Assembly: GCA_965206595.1 (NCBI GenBank) | Contig: OZ242214.1 | Location: 2,848,001-2,912,000 of the forward strand | Length of the DNA stretch: 64,000 bases | Direction: 5' to 3' | DNA from: Candidatus Latescibacterota bacterium | GTDB lineage: Bacteria; Latescibacterota; UBA2968; UBA8231 | In this document: positions 9,890-18,704 of the stretch, piece after piece | Layout: the number at the start of each line of letters is the position of its first letter | Position numbering within the stretch: the first letter of the stretch is position 1 | The notes under the pieces: generated by a model | Told to the model about the DNA's origin: nothing | Database searches by the model: none | What the model saw: only the letters and a program-made list of their open reading frames with translations | Program-made: the position numbers and the translations under genes

Positions 9890-10903
9890 TTAATATGGCC
9901 AACGATGGTAAGCCCTAAACAGATAGGAGTAAGGTCCAGCATCGATTCCGCTGCGACTTTCGGAACCGGTCAAGCTACCTATAGTCTTGAAGGCCTCAGC
10001 AACAGGAGAAGCCATAGCAGAAATGACAGCCCCAGCGAGAGATAACGCAAATGATGCTGGTCTCTTCCATGACTTTCGGGCGCACCTACGAAGGTCATTG
10101 GCAAGGTCGTTCAACTCGTTCTGCCGAATCTCGAAAGCAATCTCTCGTTCCTCTTCCTCCATTCGGGATAGTTCAAATGCGAATTTTCGAATAGACAGCA
10201 TATAGCGTTTGTGTGCTTCAAGATTCTGTTCGCGGAAATCCAGTATTTCATCAAAAGGCACCGATCCGAGATCAACAGAAACAGCATTGAGGTCAAATTC
10301 AACAACGTTTCCGGGAGAAGGTGAAGAATCAGTTTTTATGGACAATAACTCCGATAGCGACCTGACCATTTTTTCCAAGTCAGTTGCCGGGCTAAGGTTA
10401 GCGTTGATGGTGCCTCCGTAAGGTCGCAAGATTTGCGAGAGAAGGACAAGAACGAGTGATCGCACCTTTGGATGCATTGGAATAGAAACACTGTCCTCGC
10501 TATCTTTGGCCAGTCCACGCTCCTTTAATTCCTCGAAAATCATCTCGAAAAGTCTCTCATCTCCATAAGCTCCGAGGCGTGACATCGATATTTCATGAAA
10601 TGCAGTATCTTCTTTCGCGAGATCGTCCAAGACTCCAGAAACGATAATGTCCGTCAAAATACCAGCAAGGTTTTCAGTCGCGTCTTTGTCGATGGCTATC
10701 TCTGGTTCGATAATCTCCAGCAATCCCTGCTCTTTCAAGCCCACGACTACGGGAGCGTCAATTTGCTCTGGGCGATCTCTCATATAATTTGGGACAAGTA
10801 AGGCAATGCCGTCGAAAAAAAGCATGAGATTCTTGACCCAATCTCCATATCTCCACATTGGGTTTGGATAATAGAAAGCTATCTCTCTTTTTTCAGTTTC
10901 CAT
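9890..10903 (-). CDS. Hypothetical protein in a low-GC insert (N-terminus resembles DUF6236-like proteins)
   Basis: 337-aa ORF with AGAAGGGA RBS; AFYYPN..WVKNLMLFFDGIALLVP; visibly more AT-rich than its flanks. Confidence 0.75.
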   Translation of the reverse strand: METEKREIAFYYPNPMWRYGDWVKNLMLFFDGIALLVPNYMRDRPEQIDAPVVVGLKEQGLLEIIEPEIAIDKDATENLAGILTDIIVSGVLDDLAKEDTAFHEISMSRLGAYGDERLFEMIFEELKERGLAKDSEDSVSIPMHPKVRSLVLVLLSQILRPYGGTINANLSPATDLEKMVRSLSELLSIKTDSSPSPGNVVEFDLNAVSVDLGSVPFDEILDFREQNLEAHKRYMLSIRKFAFELSRMEEEEREIAFEIRQNELNDLANDLRRCARKSWKRPASFALSLAGAVISAMASPVAEAFKTIGSLTGSESRSGIDAGPYSYLFRAYHRWPY

Positions 10904-11015
10904 CGCTTTCCCTTCTCTTGATTAATTTCTGTTCCGGGATACACTATTCTGACGAAATAGTTTAGCCGGGAATTGTCTGATCCTGGTTGAAACAGCACAG
11001 GCACCCCTCGTTACC

Positions 11016-13756
11016 TCAATGGCTTACGAGCTGATAATCCCGCTCGTACACGAAGTCGTCGTCGTGATCGGGGTTGTGACACTCCAGGCAGGTTCTTTCG
11101 GACGGGAGGCGCCGGACCGTCTCGCTGGAAGGACGCTCGACGTGATTGCTTCCGGGGCCGTGACACAACTCGCACTGCACGTTCGCCAGGCTGCGGTCCG
11201 GTTCGAGAATCGAGAATCCGCTGTCGCGGTTCAGCCCGGCAACGTGGCATTTCACGCACTTGGAAAACTGGTGACGGTGCGCGTCAAGCAGGGTCGTATA
11301 AGCGCCGGCGTGCCGGGTCGTCTGCCACTGCTCCCACTGCGCCGAGTGGCAGGTACGGCACTCCTGCGTCCCCACGTACTTCCTGTCGTCGTGAATGGGA
11401 TCCCACTCGAAGAGCGGCGGGATGTTTCCTTCCAGCAGCTCCTCCTGCTCGGCCACGGACCGGTAGTAGGAATCGAGGTAGGCTTTCATGTCCGGGTCTT
11501 CGCGCATCTGGTACAACGCCAGCAGGTAGTTGCCCTCGAAGGAGGTGAAGCGGCCGGTCTCGTCTATCCCGATGTCGACGGTATGCAGGCCGTACACGTC
11601 GGCGTTCGCGTAGACGACCAGCACGTCGTTAAGAAAGCCGTACATCGATTCAGTCTGCTTCCTTGGATCTACTTGCCCGTCGGCCCCTACCATGTCGAGG
11701 GCGGGAGCGTAGTGCCCCGTAGTGATTATCAGGTCCAGGGCCGGGAACTCCTGCACCAAGTCATGGACGAGGCCGGTATTCAGCTCGCCGATGACCCCGA
11801 CAAAGTCCGCCTCCTCTCTCAATCCGGGCAGGTATGCCCGCACCGCCTTCTTTGGATCGGCGATATGGAGGTCGTGAGTGTTGTCTTCATAACGCGTGGG
11901 TTCGATGATCGCCGTCGGTTGCAGCAGCCCTATGAAACCGATCGTGTACGGCCCCGCCTCGATGGAATACGTCGGCGCCCCTACCAGGGAATCCCCGTGA
12001 TGGACATTGGCGTTTATCAACGGCACGGGACTGTTCCGGGCCTGGATCTGAAGAAACTCGCGGCCGTGGTAGGTCTCGTTTCGCGCGATGACGGAAAAGC
12101 CGTACTCCATCCGCCTCAGCGCCTCCAGGTAAGTCGCCAGTTCGCTTGCCGTCAGGTCATCCATTGCCGGCACGTCCTGTTCGTAGGGAAAGGCGTTGCC
12201 GGCATCGATGACGGCCACGCTCCCGCGCCTCTTTCTGATCTGGTCGATGAGGGTGGCGCGGCGGGTGATGCCGCCCGACATCTCGGACTTGCAGCCGCAT
12301 GCTTCGAGAAAGCTCCTCGTCTTTCCGGTCACGATCAGGGTGATCGTGTCTACCGCGGTTTTCTCGGACCGCGACCATGGCAGTTGTGGCGGTTGATCTC
12401 CGGGGGCAGGACCGTCCGAGTGCCAGAGAGGTTCGGGAGGAACTGACCCAGGGTCGGGGTTGGTGTGCTCGTACAGCGCGGACAGGAGATCGGCGCCGGC
12501 GACCGTCTCTATCGCACTCCCCAGATCGACGCCCTTCCGTTGCCGGTAGGCGAGCTCCAGAACATCCTGCAGATCCTGTTCCCCATCCGTGCTCCTGGAG
12601 ATCTGCCCGTCGAGGTAGTGGGCGAGGGCCAATCCACTGTAACGGACAAGAGACTGATCGCCCTTGCCCTGTGTATAGTAGGTCGTCGGGACAATGCCCT
12701 TGCTGAAGTGGGACAACCGGAATCGGTTGTGATTCCTGTACGCTTCATACAGGTACGGCTCCAGATCGGAAATGATCCCGTGCTCGAGCAGGCCCTGAAG
12801 GCCCAGGTACGTGCTCGCCCCTTCCACGAACCACAAATCGGATGCCTGCGACAGTTCCATGCGGTGGGGGGCGTAGCGCAGCCACCGGTAGGCGATGCGG
12901 GTGGCCACGGAAAGCCATCTCCCCGCGGTGGCCGGCTCCATTTCCATTGCCTGTCCGTGAGACGTGCCCGGCATGTGGATGTTCATGCCATCCGCGGTCT
13001 TGGGGGTCAGAATGACCGTGTACGGTTCCGGGACCGGCGCCTGCATGGTCCTCGTCATGTACTCGTAGAGGCTCCATACCTTGCTGGCCAGCTCCTCCTG
13101 CCGTGGGCTCGCCCACCCGTCGTACAGCACCACCCGCACGGGAGCCTCGCCGATGGTCATCTCACGCGCCGTCAAGGCCCCCATTGCGACCGCGCCGTTG
13201 ATCAGGTCCTCCCTGCCGGTGCCGTACAGGCGCGGCTCGTACGTGCCTGCTTCGCCTTCTACCTCGTTCCAGGTGGTCTCGACCCCCCAACCTTCCGGGG
13301 GCCGGATCGAGACGGTCACGTGCCCGAGCCACCCTTCGGGCACCAGGAACAGGTTGCGACCGGAGACGAGGTGGAAATCCACCCGCTGACCATCGTGGGA
13401 TGGCGGCCGTGCCCGCCGCCGACCGGCCGCCCCGGCTGCACCTTGTACTCGACGCGCAACTCGCTGCCCGGCGCGCTCACGCGGTAGGCCGTGCCCGCGG
13501 GCGAGACCCGTTTCGCATGCGGAACAGGCCTGCCTTTGGAGTCGCTGATTTGCAGCCCGGTCAGGCCGATGAACTGCTCGGGCTCAAATGCCTGCAAGGA
13601 CAGGGATTCAGCATCGATTCCATCGATCCGCAACCCGACTGCTATCGACTCAGTATCAGCGGATTCTACCCGGACATCGTACGCGAGCCGCAGGCCCGGG
13701 TCCGAGCAAGCGGAGAAAAGCAAGGCGGCCATCGGGAAAAGGAGATGCAGTGCCAT
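11016..13756 (-). pseudogene. Lipoprotein fusion: degenerate M61/M1-like peptidase + 5'-nucleotidase-like (CGC motif) + tetraheme cytochrome c554-like; one frameshift near 13385
   Basis: ORF 13316-13756 (lipobox LFSAC) continues in a shifted frame into 11016-13382. Motifs WFVEG, EACGC..GGITRRAT..IDAGN, and four CxxCH (CRTCH, CVKCH, CELCH, CLECH). Confidence 0.75.
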
Positions 13757-13773
13757 GCCGGCTTTCTCCCTGC

Positions 13774-14325
13774 TTACCGGGAAGGTCCGAGAAGAGTTTC
13801 GATCACCGCGGACAGGCTGTCCGCCGCGGTCACCACGCCGCGTTGCTCCAAGTGGACTTCGCCGTTCCCGTCCACGAGAACCGACAGAGGAATCCCTTTG
13901 TCAACCCCATATCGACCTAAAAGGGTGGAGTCGCCGATGGCGGGCATCAGGATCGGGTACGGAACTCCGAGGTTCTCGATCCACAACTCCACTGCGAGAC
14001 GGGTTGACGACACCGCTATCCCCCATACCTCCAACCCCCGTTCGTGATACCGGGTGTAAAGATCGTTGAGGATCGGCTGCTCAATCCTACAGGGACCGCA
14101 CCAGGTACCCCAGAAATTGAGAAGCAAGACCTTTCCCTCATGTGCGGAAAGCATGAGGGAATCGCCGGTGATGGTGGCAAGGGTAAAGTCCGGTGCTTTA
14201 TTTGCGGCTGCGGGTGGTTCGGCACCAGGAACACGGAAATCCTGACAAGATGCGCACACGAGGATTGAGAGTACAGACCGGAAGGGGGTGAAACGAGCCA
14301 TGTTCCATTGGCTTTCTCTTGCCAC
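13774..14325 (-). CDS. TlpA/ResA-family thiol-disulfide oxidoreductase (lipoprotein)
   Basis: APDFTL, LLNFWGTWCGPC, GIP cis-Pro loop, lipobox-like LVCASC. Confidence 0.9.
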   Translation of the reverse strand: MARESQWNMARFTPFRSVLSILVCASCQDFRVPGAEPPAAANKAPDFTLATITGDSLMLSAHEGKVLLLNFWGTWCGPCRIEQPILNDLYTRYHERGLEVWGIAVSSTRLAVELWIENLGVPYPILMPAIGDSTLLGRYGVDKGIPLSVLVDGNGEVHLEQRGVVTAADSLSAVIETLLGPSR

Positions 14326-14375
14326 CTTAAACCTTACGGAACTGGCGAAGAAGGGGGATCAGAAAACCAGGAGGG

Positions 14376-15356
14376 TCAGTCCAGCAAAGAAGCCTTGATC
14401 AAGGCCCAGGAATCCGTTTTCACAACGGAGCCGGGATCGCCTGTAGACTCGTCTCCGATCAGGATGCCGTCCATCCATGCATCCGCATCTCCGGGCGTGT
14501 CGTTAAGGGTCAGGCCCGAATAGTCTCCCAAGATGAACAATTCCGCCGCTTCATAATCCCCGCCGCTCGTATCCTGATCATCGAAGTCCCAAACCTCCAA
14601 CTGAAACCCTATGATTTTTCCAGGAAACAGATCCGAAACCACGCTGTTTTCAGGTTCCTTGCGGATCAGCATATCGAAAGGGGTGGCGTAGAATTCAACG
14701 ACCCAGAACACCGGATTCTCCCCCGAAACCGAGCCGCCGCCGTCCCCGTACGGAGGGTAACTCCACCACGGAGAATCACCCCAAGGTTCTAGTAACGGGA
14801 GTGATACATGATTCCCGTCGGCCGGAATCGAGAAGGCGTGGTACCTTTGCGCATTCATATCAAATATCCCCGAGTCGTCGTCCAAACCCCAGATACGGTT
14901 TCTAGGGTCCCATGAAGGAGCCCCATCATGGTCTCCGTCGACTTTGAGGTACATGTGGTCCTGATGGCCACCTAGTGGCCCGCCACGGTGCTCCGAGTCA
15001 GCAGGGCCTACGAAAACATCGTCGCCGAAGATTCCGGCAACATAGAGGCGCGCCGGGTTGCGGCCCCAGCCCAGCCAGATCCTGAAATCCAGGTTCGAGG
15101 GATCGTAAGTTTTGGTGACGGACTCCGACTGAAGAGATTCGAAGAGCGTAAAATCGAGCGCCGTAAAGGACGACTCCCCAATCAATTCACCCCAGTCATC
15201 CACTACTCCATCCTTGAGGTCGATGCCCGTCTCAGCGCTGACTTCGAAAATGGGGTAGATCCTGTCGCCCTGATGTCCGTGCACCGACAAGGGATCGCCC
15301 AAAGTCAATGCCGTTACCAGAAATCCTGTACTCTCCATTAATTTCATTATTCTCAT
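14376..15356 (-). CDS. Secreted acidic protein (CBM9/DOMON-like) with SWALIK C-terminal motif
   Basis: IDLKDGVVDDW, FRIWLGW..LYVA..DD, C-terminus VKTDSWALIKAS; CAGGAG RBS. Confidence 0.65.
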   Translation of the reverse strand: MRIMKLMESTGFLVTALTLGDPLSVHGHQGDRIYPIFEVSAETGIDLKDGVVDDWGELIGESSFTALDFTLFESLQSESVTKTYDPSNLDFRIWLGWGRNPARLYVAGIFGDDVFVGPADSEHRGGPLGGHQDHMYLKVDGDHDGAPSWDPRNRIWGLDDDSGIFDMNAQRYHAFSIPADGNHVSLPLLEPWGDSPWWSYPPYGDGGGSVSGENPVFWVVEFYATPFDMLIRKEPENSVVSDLFPGKIIGFQLEVWDFDDQDTSGGDYEAAELFILGDYSGLTLNDTPGDADAWMDGILIGDESTGDPGSVVKTDSWALIKASLLD

Positions 15357-15368
15357 CTCCTGTCATAC

Positions 15369-15400
15369 AAAAAAGCAGGGGCAAAACTGCCCCTGCTTTT
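15369..15400 (-). terminator. Rho-independent terminator after the Cys-rich peptide gene
   Basis: Perfect 13-bp inverted repeat AAAAGCAGGGGCA-aaac-TGCCCCTGCTTTT (15371-15400), ending in a T-tract on the minus strand. Confidence 0.8.
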
Positions 15401-15468
15401 CCAAGACACCAGTCAGAGAGAGCCAGCGAGAAATCGCTATCCAACCCTGCAGATAAGCCCGCCTTTCT

Positions 15469-15756
15469 CTAACACGAGAAGGTCCTACATCTCGAGCCCT
15501 CGAAACTGCAAAAGGTGAAGGACCATATTTCCCCTACACATTTATTGCGGTAAGTACAAATCTCCCATTGGCAGTTAGAGTTTGCCACAGGGGTCTCCAG
15601 CATCGAGTCCAGAGCCGCGTACGGCCCGATGTCCGGAGTCTCCGCCTCCGTGAACGAGGTGAAGGAGAACACCCCCAAGACCGCCAAGGTGATGATGAAC
15701 GCCGCCAGCTTGAGCGGCAGGATGAGCCGCGGCAACGGCAAGATGAAATCTTTCAT
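15469..15756 (-). CDS. Small secreted 6-Cys peptide precursor (95 aa)
   Basis: Hydrophobic N-terminus, acidic spacer, C-terminal C-x4-C-x5-C-x9-C-x6-C-x4-C core; followed by a terminator. Confidence 0.65.
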   Translation of the reverse strand: MKDFILPLPRLILPLKLAAFIITLAVLGVFSFTSFTEAETPDIGPYAALDSMLETPVANSNCQWEICTYRNKCVGEIWSFTFCSFEGSRCRTFSC

Positions 15757-15881
15757 GATCTTCCTGCTTTCTCCAAAACTGAGATGGGGTTGCAAGTCTA
15801 TCTACTACTCGATTCAGTGCGCACGGGACAGAAACGAGCGCGTCGCCGTTACCATCTCCTTTCTCCTGCCCAAGTCGGTCA

Positions 15882-15930
15882 TCAATGTCGCACATTCTGA
15901 TAATCCCGCTGGTTCATGAAGTCCAGTTTC
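15882..15930 (-). repeat. Third, more degenerate copy of the cytochrome gene 3' end
   Basis: Minus strand reads LDFMNQRDYQNVRH*; shares CTGATAATCCCGCT with the copies at 9613 and 11016. Confidence 0.6.
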
Positions 15931-16141
15931 CGGGGGGCCGGATCGCCGCAAGTACTGCTTCCTTCGACTCCCCCGCGACCCTGTCTCATTGTCAGGAGTA
16001 AGAAAAAAAAAGCAGTGAGTCAAGAGGTTTTTGCGAGCCGACCCACGCTCCCCATCAAAACAGGATGCCGAGCCTCGATTTTTTTTAGAGCCCCCGCCAT
16101 TGGAGGTCGATCAGCCGCTTCAGGAGCTAGGCATCGCCGCC

Positions 16142-16171
16142 TTGACTTGCGGATTTCGAGACTCGTAACTT
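16142..16171 (+). promoter_or_regulatory. Candidate sigma70 promoter of the mrp operon
   Basis: TTGACT-N18-TAACTT, about 45 bp upstream of mrpE. Confidence 0.35.
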
Positions 16172-16214
16172 ACCGTAAAATCAGGTTCTTAGAGAAAAAT
16201 CCAGGGAGTGGAAA

Positions 16215-16694
16215 ATGGGACGGACGGCCAGTCTTCTGGCGGTGATGATGACGGTGTGGCTGCTGTGGTCGGGACAGTACACCTGGCTGATAGTGGGCTT
16301 CGGACTGCTCTCCTGCCTGCTGGTCGCCATTATCGCCCGCCGCATGCGCATCCTCGATTTCGAAGGCCACCCCGTTCACCTCGCGCGGCGGCTGCCGGCC
16401 TACTGTCTCTGGCTGCTCTGGGCGATCGTCCGCTCCAACCTCGACGTCGCCCGGCGCATCCTCCATCCGCGGTTGCCGGTCAGTCCCCGGATCATCCGGG
16501 TCAAGGCGAGCCAGCGCACCGATCTCGGCAAGGTCGTCTTCGCCAACTCCATCACCCTGACGCCGGGAACCCTGGCGCTCGAGGTCGAAGGGGACGAGAT
16601 CGAGGTGCACGCCCTGACCCGGGAGAGCGCCGCGGACCTCGAGTCCGGGGAAATGGACCGGCGCGTGACCTGGGTCGAGGGGGAGGAATCCTGA
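16215..16694 (+). CDS. mrpE: Na+/H+ antiporter subunit E
   Basis: IVRSNLDVARRIL..P, FANSITLTPGT, VHAL. Confidence 0.92.
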   Translation: MGRTASLLAVMMTVWLLWSGQYTWLIVGFGLLSCLLVAIIARRMRILDFEGHPVHLARRLPAYCLWLLWAIVRSNLDVARRILHPRLPVSPRIIRVKASQRTDLGKVVFANSITLTPGTLALEVEGDEIEVHALTRESAADLESGEMDRRVTWVEGEES

Positions 16695-16972
16695 TGTTCG
16701 TCGCCGTTGCGGCCGCGATCATCTTCACCCTCGTGCTCGCGGTGGCGCGGGCCGTCCTCGGGCCCACGGCCTACGACCGCATCCTCGCCGTCAACATGGC
16801 GGCGACCAAGACCGTGCTCCTGATCGCCGTGGCCGGCTTTCTCACCGGCCGCCCCGACTTCCTCGACCTCGCCCTCGCCTGCGTGCTCCTCAACTTCATC
16901 GCCGCGGTCGCGGTCCTGAAATTCGTCGACCGGGGGGATTTCTCCGTCTCGGGAGAGGCCGACCATGGCTGA
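16694..16972 (+). CDS. mrpF: Na+/H+ antiporter subunit F
   Basis: GPTAYDRILAVN, FLDLAL; TGATG overlap with mrpE. Confidence 0.88.
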   Translation: MFVAVAAAIIFTLVLAVARAVLGPTAYDRILAVNMAATKTVLLIAVAGFLTGRPDFLDLALACVLLNFIAAVAVLKFVDRGDFSVSGEADHG

Positions 16973-17345
16973 GGCGGTCGCCGCCGGCTGCTGGGTCCTG
17001 CTGCTGGCCGGGTCGCTGTTCTGCGCCATCGGCGGCATCGGCCTGCTGCGGCTTCCCGACTTCTTCAGCCGCGCCCACGGCGCCGGGGTCACCGACACCC
17101 TCGGGACCGGGCTGCTGATAGCCGGCATGGCGCTCTACCACGAAGGGGGCCTGCTGCTTCAATACTTCGACGGGGCCATCGCCGCAGGGGAGCTGTTCCG
17201 GGGCTCGCTGGTCACCTTCAAGCTGATCCTCATCCTCCTGATCCTGTGGCTGTCGAGCCCGACCGCCACCCACGCCATCGCCAAGGCGGCGCGCCTGTCC
17301 GGCCACGAACCGCTGCTCGACGGCGCCGGCAGGAAATCCTCGTGA
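16965..17345 (+). CDS. mrpG: Na+/H+ antiporter subunit G
   Basis: GIGLLRLPDFFSRAHG..DTLG, SPTATHAIAKAA. Confidence 0.92.
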   Translation: MAEAVAAGCWVLLLAGSLFCAIGGIGLLRLPDFFSRAHGAGVTDTLGTGLLIAGMALYHEGGLLLQYFDGAIAAGELFRGSLVTFKLILILLILWLSSPTATHAIAKAARLSGHEPLLDGAGRKSS

Positions 17346-17890
17346 CCGAGCTGCTCAACGTCTGCCTGCTCGCCTTCATGGCGGTCGTCGCCCTCGTCGT
17401 CCTGCGCCTGCGCAACCTGTTCGCCGCGGCGATGGTGGCGAGCTTCTTCAGCCTGCTTTCGGCGGGGATGTTCGTGATTCTCGACGCCGTCGACGTCGCC
17501 TTCACCGAGGTCGCCGTCGGCGCCGGGGTGACGACCGTCATCATGCTCGGCACCCTGGTTCTGACCGGAACGGAGGAGAAGGCCGCGGCCTCCTGGTCCC
17601 CCTGGCCCCTGCTCGCGGTGCTGGCGCTGGGCGGGCTGCTGGTCTACGGCACCCTCGACATGCCGCGCTACGGCGATCCCGGCTCCGCGGTGCACACCCA
17701 CGTGGTCGGCCCCCGCTACATCGAGGAGTCCCCCGCCGAGATCGGGGTGCCGAACATGGTGACCTCGGTGCTGGCCAGCTACCGCGGCTACGACACCCTG
17801 GGGGAGACCGCGGTGATCTTCACCGCCGGCATCGGCCTGCTGCTGCTGATAGGGGCAGGTTTCCGCGGGCGCGGGAAGGAGGCCCCGTGA
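17342..17890 (+). CDS. Mrp subunit B-related (DUF4040/MrpA C-terminal-like)
   Basis: LDAVDVAFTEVAVGAG, PNMVTSVLASYRGYDTLGE; GTGA overlap. Confidence 0.85.
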   Translation: MTELLNVCLLAFMAVVALVVLRLRNLFAAAMVASFFSLLSAGMFVILDAVDVAFTEVAVGAGVTTVIMLGTLVLTGTEEKAAASWSPWPLLAVLALGGLLVYGTLDMPRYGDPGSAVHTHVVGPRYIEESPAEIGVPNMVTSVLASYRGYDTLGETAVIFTAGIGLLLLIGAGFRGRGKEAP

Positions 17891-18324
17891 GCGACCACCT
17901 CATCCTGCGCGTCGTCGCCAAGCTGTTCATCCCCTTCATCCTGCTGTTCGCCCTCTACGTGCAGTTCCACGGCGACTTCGGGCCGGGGGGCGGCTTCCAG
18001 GCCGGGGTGATCTTCGCCGCGGCGTTTTCCCTCCACTGCCTGGTGTTCGGCATCGACCGAACCCGGTGCGCCTTTCCGCCGAACCTCGTCGAGTTCTGCG
18101 CCGCCTTCGGCATGCTCCTCTACATCGGCACCGGGGTGGCGGGAATCCTGCTCGGGGGGTCCTTCCTCGACTACAACGTCCTCGGCAGCGACCCGGTGAA
18201 GGGACAGCACCTCGGCATCCTGCTCGTCGAGCTGGGGGTCGGGATCACGGTCGCCGCGGTGATGGTGGCGCTCTTCTTCTGCTTCTGCGGCAGGTCGCCG
18301 GAAGGGAAGGACCGGGAGCAGTGA
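17887..18324 (+). CDS. mrpB: Na+/H+ antiporter subunit B
   Basis: FHGDFGPGGGFQAGVI, VELGVGITV. Confidence 0.9.
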   Translation: MSDHLILRVVAKLFIPFILLFALYVQFHGDFGPGGGFQAGVIFAAAFSLHCLVFGIDRTRCAFPPNLVEFCAAFGMLLYIGTGVAGILLGGSFLDYNVLGSDPVKGQHLGILLVELGVGITVAAVMVALFFCFCGRSPEGKDREQ

Positions 18325-18704
18325 GCGGCTGGTCCGGCCTCTACAACTACTGGGCCGTCATCTTCCTGATGATGACCGGCCTCTACACCGTGATCTCGCG
18401 GCACAACCTCGTCAAGAAGATGATCGGGCTGACGGTTTTTCAGACCTCGGTGTTCCTGCTCTACATCACCATGGGCAAGGTCGCCGGCGGCACGGCGCCG
18501 ATTGTAGGGGCTCCAGGCGCCGCGTACGCCAACCCCCTGCCCCACGCCCTCATCCTGACCGCCATCGTCGTCGGCATCTCCACGACCGCGGTCGGACTCG
18601 CCCTGATCATCCGCATCCACCAGGCCTACGGCACCCTGGAGGAGGACGAGATCGCCGCCCTGGACCATCCCCCGACGGACGGCCGCCCCACGGATAGCAA
18701 TTGA
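18321..18704 (+). CDS. mrpC: Na+/H+ antiporter subunit C
   Basis: NLVKKMIGL, NPLPHALILTAIVVG; GTGA overlap. Confidence 0.9.
   Translation: MSGWSGLYNYWAVIFLMMTGLYTVISRHNLVKKMIGLTVFQTSVFLLYITMGKVAGGTAPIVGAPGAAYANPLPHALILTAIVVGISTTAVGLALIIRIHQAYGTLEEDEIAALDHPPTDGRPTDSN

Noticed and set aside
12285-12310. Selenocysteine in the UshA-like CGC motif
   Set aside because: The codons are TGC GGC TGC; there is no in-frame TGA.
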